This document shows, piece by piece, positions 37,739-45,781 of a stretch of DNA of 64,000 bases (its first letter is position 1; the number at the start of each line of letters is the position of its first letter). The stretch lies in assembly GCA_017303675.1 (NCBI GenBank), contig JAFLBX010000002.1:1461075-1525074 (forward strand), read 5' to 3'. The notes beneath the pieces are model-generated. The model had not been told where the DNA came from, ran no database searches, and worked only from the letters and a program-made list of their open reading frames with translations. Both the position numbers and the translations under genes were made by a program. This DNA comes from Ignavibacteria bacterium. Its GTDB lineage: Bacteria > Bacteroidota > Ignavibacteria > Tepidaquicellales > OLB5.

Positions 37739-38842
37739 GTGAAGAAGTATTGTTTATTTGTTGCACTATTTTTCATAAATTTTTCCCTCATTTATTCCCA
37801 GTACACAAGTCCGGAAAGTGTAGTTTATGATTCTGTATATAACAGGTGGCTGGTAACTAATTCCGGCGGTGTGATAAAACAAAGGAACAATGCCACAGGC
37901 GTGGTAACTGATTTTGCGCCATCGGGCTCCGGCAGCCATGGTATAAGGATTTACAACGGCAGGGTTTACGCCTGCGCGGGAAGCACGATAAAAGGATTTT
38001 CACTCGCAACCGGAACACAGGAATTTACCGCTACTTTGAGCGGAGCATCGTTTCTTAACGGATTAGGTATAGACCAGTCAACGGGTATTGCGTATATTTC
38101 AGATTTTACCGGACAAAAAATTTACAAGCTGAATTTAAATACCGGTGCATGGTGGATCTACGTACCAACTGCAGGTGGACAGCCTAACGGCGTGTATGTT
38201 GATTCACCCCGCAACAGGCTGCTTATATGTTACTGGGGAAGCAATGCGGCAATTAAGCAGGTAAATCTTGTTGATTCATCGCTCACTACAATTACAAACA
38301 CCGGTCATAATAACTGTGACGGAATTTATCTTGATAAATATGATAATGTATATATTTCTTCATGGTCACCTGCTCCCGCTAAAATACTGAGGTATGATAT
38401 CAATTTTACTTTGCCGGTTACTATAGTAATCAACAGCGGCTTAAGCAATCCGGCTGATATATATATTAATAAAAACGGTGATACTCTTGGTGTACCAAAC
38501 AGCGGCAACAATACTGTAACATTCCATAATATAGGAAATATTGCGGGGGTACAGCAGGTAAATTCAAATATTCCGGAAAAGTTCGCACTTCATCAAAACT
38601 TCCCTAACCCGTTTAATCCTGTTACAAAAATTACATTTGATATTACTGAAAGCTCCGCTAATTTAAAATTGGCAGTTTACAGTACCCTAGGCCAAATGAC
38701 AGCAATTCTGGTTAATGAAGCGCTGACTGCCGGCAGTTATGAAGTAAGCTTTGATGCGGGTAAACTTTCATCAGGAGTATATTATTACAGGCTTGAAACA
38801 GCCAGTTATACTGATATGAAAAAGATGGTACTTATTAAATAA
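37739..38842 (+). CDS. Secreted beta-propeller (SMP-30/NHL-like) protein with T9SS C-terminal domain
   Basis: GTG start preceded by AAGGAG. Signal peptide and C-terminal HQNFPNPFNPVTKITF...GVYYYRL...MKKMVLIK. Confidence 0.7.
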   Translation: MKKYCLFVALFFINFSLIYSQYTSPESVVYDSVYNRWLVTNSGGVIKQRNNATGVVTDFAPSGSGSHGIRIYNGRVYACAGSTIKGFSLATGTQEFTATLSGASFLNGLGIDQSTGIAYISDFTGQKIYKLNLNTGAWWIYVPTAGGQPNGVYVDSPRNRLLICYWGSNAAIKQVNLVDSSLTTITNTGHNNCDGIYLDKYDNVYISSWSPAPAKILRYDINFTLPVTIVINSGLSNPADIYINKNGDTLGVPNSGNNTVTFHNIGNIAGVQQVNSNIPEKFALHQNFPNPFNPVTKITFDITESSANLKLAVYSTLGQMTAILVNEALTAGSYEVSFDAGKLSSGVYYYRLETASYTDMKKMVLIK

Positions 38843-38922
38843 GTGAAAAGGCATCCCGCTAAGCAAAAAAGCGGGACCGTTTAAAGTACGGAAAGTAAAA
38901 AAAGGTAAAAAAAATATGAATG

Positions 38923-38946
38923 AGGGGCTGCGGCCCCTTATTTTTA
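38923..38946 (+). terminator. Rho-independent terminator
   Basis: AGGGGC-TGCG-GCCCCT followed by TATTTTTA. Confidence 0.6.
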
Positions 38947-38992
38947 CAAAGAAAAGAGAATTTAGCTTTAATACGTAATTTTAGATAAAGTA

Positions 38993-39023
38993 ATAACTTA
39001 AAAAAAGTGTTATTTTAAGTTAT
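38993..39023. promoter_or_regulatory. 11-bp perfect inverted repeat ATAACTTAAAA-N9-TTTTAAGTTAT upstream of the S8 protease gene
   Basis: Read directly from the sequence, 35 nt upstream of the ATG at 39058. The sequence is AT-rich, so a chance occurrence is not negligible. Confidence 0.25.
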
Positions 39024-39057
39024 GTACATAACCAAATCAATTTCAAACGGAGGTAAA

Positions 39058-40764
39058 ATGAAGCCGTCATATCTACCCGCAAAAACAGCATTAAAAATAT
39101 TCTTCATCATTACATTGGTAATACAATCCTCAGCCCTGTTCTCTGAAGAATACAGCAAACAGTCGCTGATAATAAAATTCAAACAGGGCACAGAGCTTTT
39201 CAGAGATGCCCGCCTATATGCGCCCAAAAGTTTATCGGAGAATCTAGTTGCAGGTTCAGTGAATATGAACCGCAATTCAGCTTTGAATATTTTTATGCAG
39301 CAATGTAATATACTCACCCTCAAGGCTCTTAAGCCTGATGCTGATATGACGCCGCTTCACGGAGGGATTGAAAGAATATTTATAATTGAGATCAACCCCG
39401 GTGCTGTTTCAATTGAAACAGCAAGGGATTACATATCTAAAAACCTGCAGATCGAATACGCTGAGTTTGATTATATTGGATATGGCGGCGGATATTTTGG
39501 CGGAAGTAATTTCTCACAGAATACTTCGCTTGTTCCAAATGATCCTTCGTTTGGTAACCAATGGGGATTGCGGAACACGGGACAGACTATCAACGGAGTT
39601 GCCGGCACATCAGGTGGTGATATTAACGCTGTAAACGCATGGGATATAACAACCGGTACTAATTTAATTGTATCAATCCTTGATTCAGGCATGCCGCTCA
39701 CCCACCCTGAATTTTCAGGAAGGATGCTGCAGGGATATGATTATGCCAACAACGATAACAATCCAACAGATGATCATGGACACGGAACCAATGTTGGCAG
39801 CATAGTAGGTGCAAAAGGAAATAACGGATCACTGATGGCAGGAGTAAACTGGAACTGCAGAATAATCCCTGTAAAGATACTGAACGCTTCAAATTCCGGA
39901 CAGTATTCCTGGTTTGCCTCAGGAATCACTTACGCGGTAGATAACGGCGCAAAAGTTTTGAATATGAGCGTTGGCGGCCAGTCTTACAGCCAGGCAATGG
40001 CTGATGCAGTTACTTATGCGTTCAATAACGGCAGAATAGTAGTTGCATGTATGATGAATAACAACAATAATGTCACTTACTACCCAGCCGGACTGAACAA
40101 TGTAATTGCAATAGGCGCGATCAACAACAGGATGTTCCGCGCAGTACCTTTCTGCTGGGGAGGCGGCAGCAGCTTTGGTTCACACATTGATTTTGCTGCT
40201 CCGGGCGAAATGATTTTGGGACTGGTTTATAACAATCCCAATTCAACCAACTACTGGTGCGGCACCTCGCAAGCTACGCCAATGACAGCCGGGGTAATTT
40301 CATTGCTGCTTGGTGTGAATCCATCATTGACATTTAATGATATATATAATGCGCTGAAAAATTCAGCGCGTGACCAGGTTGGTCCCGCAAACGAAGATAC
40401 CCCCGGGTTTGATAATTACTTCGGGTGGGGACTTATCGATTCACGCGGCGCATTAAATCAGGTTATAGGAATTATGCCGATATCCACTATTGTACCTGAT
40501 AAATTTGGGCTAAAACAAAACTATCCTAACCCGTTTAATCCTGTTACCAAGATCAGGTTCGATATCTCAAAAGGCGGAGAAAATGCAAAGCTTACAGTTT
40601 ATAATTCAAACGGGCAGCAGGTTGCTGTATTAGTGAATGAAGTGGTATCTGCCGGTACGTATGAGATTGAGTTTAATGCGGGAAATTACGCTTCAGGAAT
40701 TTATTATTATAAGCTTGAGTCCGGTAAGCTTAGTGATATGAAGAAGATGGTTTTAGTGAAGTAA
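39058..40764 (+). CDS. Subtilisin-like serine protease (peptidase S8) with T9SS C-terminal domain
   Basis: The ATG is preceded by GGAGG; the ORF track starts at 39022. Catalytic triad motifs are SILDSG (Asp), HGHGTNVG (His) and GTSQATPMTAG (Ser). C-terminal KQNYPNPFNPVTKIRF...MKKMVLVK. Confidence 0.9.
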   Translation: MKPSYLPAKTALKIFFIITLVIQSSALFSEEYSKQSLIIKFKQGTELFRDARLYAPKSLSENLVAGSVNMNRNSALNIFMQQCNILTLKALKPDADMTPLHGGIERIFIIEINPGAVSIETARDYISKNLQIEYAEFDYIGYGGGYFGGSNFSQNTSLVPNDPSFGNQWGLRNTGQTINGVAGTSGGDINAVNAWDITTGTNLIVSILDSGMPLTHPEFSGRMLQGYDYANNDNNPTDDHGHGTNVGSIVGAKGNNGSLMAGVNWNCRIIPVKILNASNSGQYSWFASGITYAVDNGAKVLNMSVGGQSYSQAMADAVTYAFNNGRIVVACMMNNNNNVTYYPAGLNNVIAIGAINNRMFRAVPFCWGGGSSFGSHIDFAAPGEMILGLVYNNPNSTNYWCGTSQATPMTAGVISLLLGVNPSLTFNDIYNALKNSARDQVGPANEDTPGFDNYFGWGLIDSRGALNQVIGIMPISTIVPDKFGLKQNYPNPFNPVTKIRFDISKGGENAKLTVYNSNGQQVAVLVNEVVSAGTYEIEFNAGNYASGIYYYKLESGKLSDMKKMVLVK

Positions 40765-40766
40765 GA

Positions 40767-40803
40767 CAAAAGTGAAAAGGCAAAAGTGAAAAAGCAAAAA
40801 ACA
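40767..40803. repeat. Tandem 14-mer CAAAAGTGAAAAGG x ~2.5 immediately after the protease stop codon
   Basis: Read directly from the sequence. The 13-mer AAGTGAAAAGGCA also follows the stop codon of the neighbouring T9SS gene (38841-38853). Confidence 0.85.
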
Positions 40804-40834
40804 TGTTACAATAATTTGGAATAATTATTCTATG

Positions 40835-40941
40835 CTTTCCCAAACTGGAGTTTGGGAAAGAGAAAAGACCACATCTGATTCCCAAACTCCGGAATGGGAA
40901 AGAAAAAGCTTAAATCTGATTCCCAAACTCCGGTTTGGGAA
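40835..40941. repeat. Three copies of a TTCCCAAAC..GTTTGGGAA-type hairpin (40835-40860, 40879-40902, 40920-40941)
   Basis: Copy 1 is CTTTCCCAAACTGGAGTTTGGGAAAG (perfect). Copies 2 and 3 belong to a ~41-nt tandem duplication (ATCTGATTCCCAAACTCCGG..TGGGAA). Copy 3 is followed by TCTTTTTAT and probably terminates the protease gene. Confidence 0.9.
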
Positions 40942-40946
40942 TCTTT

Positions 40947-41978
40947 TTATGATGCTACATTACCATACATTTTCTGTATAAGCTCAGTTATTCCCAAAAA
41001 CTCCGCAGCATTTTTCCACAGTAGTTTTTCTTTTACAACACTGTTAAACTCAGACATTGATTCAATTAACTTTCCCGGCACATGCTCCCCCAAGGGGAAA
41101 GGATAATCAGAGCCCATTACAATGCAGTCTTCGCCAATCAGGTCAATTAGGAATTTCATAGCCATTTCATCGTGAACGAGCGAATCAAGGTAAAATTTGC
41201 CCAGGTAATTTCGCGGGTTTACTTTATTCCGGGTCTGAACAAGATCAGGCCTTACATGAAAACCGTGTTCTATACGCCCAATTGAAAAAGGGAATGAACC
41301 ACCGCCGTGTGCGAAGCACACTTTCAGGTTTTTATACTTTTCAAATACGCCGCCAAATATCATAGAGCATATTGCCAGCGATGTTTCAGCGGGCATACCA
41401 ACAAGCCAGGGAAGCCAGTATTCAGGCATCCTGTCTTTGCCGAGCATATCCCAGGGGTGAACGAATACCGCGGCATTCATTTCTTCGCAGGCGTGAAATA
41501 TCTCGCAGATATCCGGGTCATCCAGATTCTTACCGTGAATATGAGTTCCTATTTCTATTCCCGCAAGTCCAAGCTCTTTCATGCAGCGCTCAAGCTCTTT
41601 AACAGAAAGCCCTGTATCCTGCATCGGCAGCGTTCCAAGCCCGATAAACCTTGATGGATTATCCCTGACAACGTCTGCAATATGGTCATTTAAGAAGCGG
41701 GAGAGATCATAAGTTTCACCGGGCTTTGCCCAGTAATTGAACATAACCGGCACAGTGGAAATTACCTGCATTGAAACATTGTGTTCATCACACTCCGCAA
41801 TTCGTTTGGAGCTGCTCCATGAATTTTCGGTTATCTCACGGAAGACCTTATCGCCTATCATCATTTTGGCGCAGCACGGCTTGTGATGTTCTATTGTAGC
41901 AAAACCGTGAGTGTTATATTTTTTGTTCAGGTCAGGCCAGTTTTCAGGCAGTATGTGCGTATGTACATCTATCTTCAT
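40947..41978 (-). CDS. 2-amino-3-carboxymuconate-6-semialdehyde decarboxylase (ACMSD, amidohydrolase_2)
   Basis: MKIDVHTHILPENWPDL, and YWLPWLVGMPAETSLAICSMIFGGVFEKYKNLKVCFAHGGGSFPF is nearly collinear with animal ACMSD. Confidence 0.92.
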   Translation of the reverse strand: MKIDVHTHILPENWPDLNKKYNTHGFATIEHHKPCCAKMMIGDKVFREITENSWSSSKRIAECDEHNVSMQVISTVPVMFNYWAKPGETYDLSRFLNDHIADVVRDNPSRFIGLGTLPMQDTGLSVKELERCMKELGLAGIEIGTHIHGKNLDDPDICEIFHACEEMNAAVFVHPWDMLGKDRMPEYWLPWLVGMPAETSLAICSMIFGGVFEKYKNLKVCFAHGGGSFPFSIGRIEHGFHVRPDLVQTRNKVNPRNYLGKFYLDSLVHDEMAMKFLIDLIGEDCIVMGSDYPFPLGEHVPGKLIESMSEFNSVVKEKLLWKNAAEFLGITELIQKMYGNVAS

Positions 41979-42490
41979 TACTTAGCAGGAGGCTGAATTA
42001 CTGTTCCGCATTTGTTGCAGGTGCGTTTATCCATATCGTTCCAGAACTTTTCAAAAATCGGCGGAAGCTGTGTAACAATATCATCGAGCTTAACGAATTC
42101 TTCGTATAGCTTGTTGCCGCAGTTTTCACAGTACCACTGGAAAGCATCAAGCTCTTTTTCTTCACGCTTGCGCTCAATTACCAGGCCAACTGTGTTGGCT
42201 GGTCTTTGCGGTGAGTGCGGTATGTTTGGCGGAAGGTAGAACATTTCACCTTCTTTAATATGAATATCTTTGGGCTTACCGTCTTCTATAACTTTAACAA
42301 CTATATCACCTTCTACCTGGTAGAAAAATTCAGCGCCTTCTTCGTAGTGATAATCTTTGCGTGAATTGGGTCCGCCTACAACCATAACGATCAGGTCGCC
42401 GTTCACCATACATTTATTGCCAACTGGCGGTTTTAACAGGTGCCGGTTCTCTTCTATCCACTGCTTAAAATTGAATGAACTTAGTGACAT
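41978..42490 (-). CDS. 3-hydroxyanthranilate 3,4-dioxygenase (cupin) with C-terminal CxxC...CxxC site
   Basis: KPPVGNKCM, GGPNSRKDYHYEEGAEFFYQVEGD and PHSPQRPANTVGLVIERKR, plus C-terminal CENCG...CNKCG. Its stop overlaps the ACMSD start (TAATG). Confidence 0.92.
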   Translation of the reverse strand: MSLSSFNFKQWIEENRHLLKPPVGNKCMVNGDLIVMVVGGPNSRKDYHYEEGAEFFYQVEGDIVVKVIEDGKPKDIHIKEGEMFYLPPNIPHSPQRPANTVGLVIERKREEKELDAFQWYCENCGNKLYEEFVKLDDIVTQLPPIFEKFWNDMDKRTCNKCGTVIQPPAK

Positions 42491-42508
42491 TATTATAGCT
42501 CCTTATAG

Positions 42509-43066
42509 TTATTTTAAATTTCGTTTTACATTCTTAGCCTGTTCAAGATGCCTGCGCTGGTGCGCAGCATTTACTTCAAGTATTACAAACGCCGAAAATT
42601 TTATCCAGCTTACTGCCGGAGAAGGTAATTTTATCTTTGTAAGATCCCATGGCGCTGATCTTTCAACCAGTTCCATCCATCTATCCTGAAGCTGCAGGTA
42701 AGCCTCTGTTGCTTTTGCTTTGTTAATATTTGAATCAGGCACCCATTTGCCGGGTGATTTGAATTTTTTCTTTACCGGCGGCTCAACGTTTCCGATAAAT
42801 TTAGTTCCTATCCAGCTGAATTTCATTTCGCCTGAATACCTCAGGTTCTTTTCTTCCAGCTTTTTCAGCCCTTTTTCATAAGTATCGCAGTAATCAACCC
42901 CGGTTACAATTAAGTGATCGATACATTCAGCAATTGACCAGCCGTTATCTGCGGGGCGTTTGTTGAATTCGCTTTCTTTTACTTTGGATAAAAACGCTGA
43001 TGAATCCTTTTTCATTTGGCTGAATTCATCATAGATCTTTTTCAGCTCTTGCGGCATAGCGCTCAT
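42509..43066 (-). CDS. DinB-family (DinB_2-like) four-helix-bundle protein
   Basis: WSIAECIDHLIVT and C-terminal ..NAAHQRRHLEQA His-containing motifs typical of the DinB superfamily. Confidence 0.7.
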   Translation of the reverse strand: MSAMPQELKKIYDEFSQMKKDSSAFLSKVKESEFNKRPADNGWSIAECIDHLIVTGVDYCDTYEKGLKKLEEKNLRYSGEMKFSWIGTKFIGNVEPPVKKKFKSPGKWVPDSNINKAKATEAYLQLQDRWMELVERSAPWDLTKIKLPSPAVSWIKFSAFVILEVNAAHQRRHLEQAKNVKRNLK

Positions 43067-43072
43067 GAATAT

Positions 43073-43675
43073 CTATTTCTCCTTTTCTTCTTTGTTTTGC
43101 GGAATGAGATCAAAAAAGTGCCAGGGAGCGCTGTAAAAATCACCGGGTCCGAAGAAATCTTTGGATACACGTTTGATATTCCCGTTTTCATCTTTATGGA
43201 ATACAGATACACCGGGCCAGTAGCCTTCGGCTTTAGTATAGTAGCCCATATCTGCAATGAAATCAGTGCCCGCAGCTGAGTATGTTCTGAATTTCCAACC
43301 TCGTGAGGCGGCAAATTCTTTTTGAACTTCCGGGGGATCGGGTGATACCAGAACGAACGCCGCTTTCTTTTCTATATAATAAGCTGCTCCGCTGAAGCCA
43401 TCTGCCCAGAGCGTGCAGTAAGAACAGGCTTTCCCCATATTATGAACAAGAATGAGGTATTCATTATCACCGAACATTTCTGAGAGCTTTATGTCATTTC
43501 CTTCAACATCTTTCAGGATATAATCTTTAACATCTGCTTCGGCAAGCCTGCTAATAACTTTAATATATTTTTTACGAAGTTCCGTTATTTCTTCGGTTAT
43601 CTTCCGCAGTTTCTTTTCATTTTTTTCCGTTGAAGATGCGCTGCTTTTTTTGGAAACTTTTTCTTTTTTTCCCAT
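43073..43675 (-). CDS. DUF899-family thioredoxin-like protein
   Basis: N-terminal coiled segment (EEITELRKKY), then L.EMFGDNEYLILVHNMG..CSYCTLWADGF and RGWKF...SAAGTDF as in DUF899. Confidence 0.7.
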   Translation of the reverse strand: MGKKEKVSKKSSASSTEKNEKKLRKITEEITELRKKYIKVISRLAEADVKDYILKDVEGNDIKLSEMFGDNEYLILVHNMGKACSYCTLWADGFSGAAYYIEKKAAFVLVSPDPPEVQKEFAASRGWKFRTYSAAGTDFIADMGYYTKAEGYWPGVSVFHKDENGNIKRVSKDFFGPGDFYSAPWHFFDLIPQNKEEKEK

Positions 43676-43876
43676 ATCAATGTATTTAATTAACCTCCCG
43701 AAAACTGCATTTTGGGGGGATTTTTGTGGTTTTTAATGGATGAATTCATTAATTATAAAAATAAGTTATTTTATAAACTATACCAATTCTTTTAGAGTAA
43801 AACGACTTTTTACTGTGTATAAATATTTGTATTTTTGCAGTTCACACACCTGAGGAATAACCAAAATATATATCAT

Positions 43877-44611
43877 ATGCAGAGAGAAATACACAAATGG
43901 TTCAGTCCGAACCTGAATAAAGAAATGGAAACTGTAGTTTACGGAACAGGAAACCAGTATGCGCTTTTAATGTTCCCCACGGCGGCAGCTGATTACCTGG
44001 AGTATGAAAGGTTTCATTTAATTGAATCATTAACACCATATATTAACAACGGAAAGGTACGCGCAATTTCCATCAACAGTATAAACAGTGAAAGCTGGCT
44101 GAATGATGAAAATCACCCGGAATATAAATCAGAGCGGCACAAACAGTTCAATGAATATGTAATAAACGAAGTAGTTCCGTTCATAAAACAAATATGCGGG
44201 AATGATGTGCAGATAATAACAACCGGCGCGTCATTCGGTGCGCTTCATGCAGCAAATACTTTTTTCCGCAGGCCTGATATATTTGCAGGCACAATTGCAA
44301 TGAGCGGTTCATATGACCTGAAGGATTATTCAAAAGGTTATTATGATGAGAACGTTTATTTTAATTCACCAGTAGATTATTTAAGCAACCTGAACGATGA
44401 GAATATACTGAACCAGATAAGAGGCAGAAAACACATTTATATCACAACCGGGCAGGGCAGCTATGAAAATCCGGAAGCATCTAAAAATCTAAGCAATGTA
44501 TTGCATGCCAAAGGCATTGACCATGAACTGGACCTCTGGGGATATGATATCCCGCATGACTGGCCTTCATGGCGCAAAATGCTGCCATATTTTATTGATT
44601 CGAAACTGTAA
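43877..44611 (+). CDS. Esterase family protein (alpha/beta hydrolase, putative esterase PF00756-like)
   Basis: GASFGALHAAN nucleophile-elbow region and esterase-D-like length. The ORF track begins at a TTG at 43835. Confidence 0.7.
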   Translation: MQREIHKWFSPNLNKEMETVVYGTGNQYALLMFPTAAADYLEYERFHLIESLTPYINNGKVRAISINSINSESWLNDENHPEYKSERHKQFNEYVINEVVPFIKQICGNDVQIITTGASFGALHAANTFFRRPDIFAGTIAMSGSYDLKDYSKGYYDENVYFNSPVDYLSNLNDENILNQIRGRKHIYITTGQGSYENPEASKNLSNVLHAKGIDHELDLWGYDIPHDWPSWRKMLPYFIDSKL

Positions 44612-44621
44612 GTTGATTGTC

Positions 44622-44647
44622 ATTCCCGCGAAAGCGGGAATCTTTTT
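44622..44647 (+). terminator. Rho-independent terminator
   Basis: ATTCCCGC-GAAA-GCGGGAAT followed by CTTTTTA. Confidence 0.75.
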
Positions 44648-44748
44648 ATATGAGAGCTTAAACTGAAAATACACTAATGATTTTAGTAAGGTATAAAATC
44701 CCGTTTTAGTTAAGATAATACCTTGACACTATTTAAGGCACGAGGGAA

Positions 44749-45120
44749 TCACTCGCCTCCCAGAAATTCAACAATATTTCCAGAAGGATCAAAACACTGG
44801 AACCAATATATATTTTCAGCCATCTTCATTGGTTCATTTTGGATCATCTCAATACCTGAATTTTTTAATTTATCATACATCTTTAAAGCTGATTCAACCC
44901 TGAATGTTATTGCTGATTTTACGCCTTTGGGATCTTTAGCAACCGGATTATAATTGCCTTCGACATATATTGCCTGTTCTTTATTAAGCTGATAGAAGCA
45001 GGAATTCTCACCCGGCTGTCCTTCGAGTCCCAGCATACCGCTGTAAAACTCATATGCTTTTTTAAAATCATCTACATAAATGCTGCCCATACCGATCGAG
45101 GTGATCTTTGTTTTTTCCAT
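44749..45120 (-). CDS. VOC (glyoxalase/bleomycin-resistance/dioxygenase) family protein
   Basis: 123 aa with a single VOC module. Paralog of 45337-45714 (shared ..YWFQCFDPSGNIVEF.GGE end). Confidence 0.8.
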   Translation of the reverse strand: MEKTKITSIGMGSIYVDDFKKAYEFYSGMLGLEGQPGENSCFYQLNKEQAIYVEGNYNPVAKDPKGVKSAITFRVESALKMYDKLKNSGIEMIQNEPMKMAENIYWFQCFDPSGNIVEFLGGE

Positions 45121-45336
45121 AATATATTATCCTACTGATTACTTTTATTCTTATGATAAATGTTATAATTTTATTAACTGCTTATGGAATTCGTGATATT
45201 TTATTTTTATCGGTCATTGTTTAAATCAAGAAGATACTCATGCCACGAAACCAGTTTCTATATTGAATTTCGGAATAACATGAAAAATCCGTTTTAAATC
45301 AGATATTAACATACCTGTATTCGTGGCACGAGTAAT

Positions 45337-45714
45337 TCACTCCCCGCCAACAAATTCCACAATATTACCTGAAGGGTCGTAACATTGGAACCAATATGTA
45401 TCCTCATTCATTTTCATAGGTTCTTTTTGTATCGTACGAATAGCATTTTTGCGCAGCTTGGCGAACATCTGTGTGGCGGAGCCGACCTTGAATGTAAACG
45501 ATACTTTGGTGGTATCGAATCCTGCTTCGGGGGCATCATAGCCGCCTTCGAGGTACATTCCCTGTTCATCATTTACCTGGAAAAAGCAGGCCTTATCACC
45601 CATTGGAGAGTAATCTTCGAGTCCAAGCACACCATTATAGAATCTGAACGAATCGCTATAATCTTCAGCGTAAACGCTTCCCATTGTAATTGATTGAATT
45701 TTAGTTGAATCCAT
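45337..45714 (-). CDS. VOC family protein (paralog)
   Basis: 125 aa, collinear with 44749-45120. Confidence 0.8.
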   Translation of the reverse strand: MDSTKIQSITMGSVYAEDYSDSFRFYNGVLGLEDYSPMGDKACFFQVNDEQGMYLEGGYDAPEAGFDTTKVSFTFKVGSATQMFAKLRKNAIRTIQKEPMKMNEDTYWFQCYDPSGNIVEFVGGE

Positions 45715-45781
45715 AGTAGTTAATTTTCAATTTCCACAAAAATATATATTAAAAATCAATATTTCAGTATAAACTGGAAGT

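Noticed and set aside
40835-40941. Three regularly spaced palindromic repeats as a possible mini-CRISPR array.
   Set aside because: The repeats are only about 22-26 nt and not identical, the spacers are 17-18 nt, there are only three copies, there are no cas genes, and the last copy doubles as a terminator. A tandem duplication of a terminator-like hairpin explains the pattern better.
40894-41106. A plus-strand 70-aa ORF overlapping the 3' end of ACMSD. The track also lists many other antisense or shadow ORFs (e.g. 406-621, 752-991, 14695-15024, 18457-18843, 25121-25504, 27950-28327, 29437-29730, 41307-41654, 45385-45693, 49227-49592, 54191-54814, 62195-62494, 63280-63534).
   Set aside because: All lie inside or opposite much longer ORFs with clear family motifs. 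They have no recognisable motifs of their own and show the low-complexity or odd composition typical of shadow frames.
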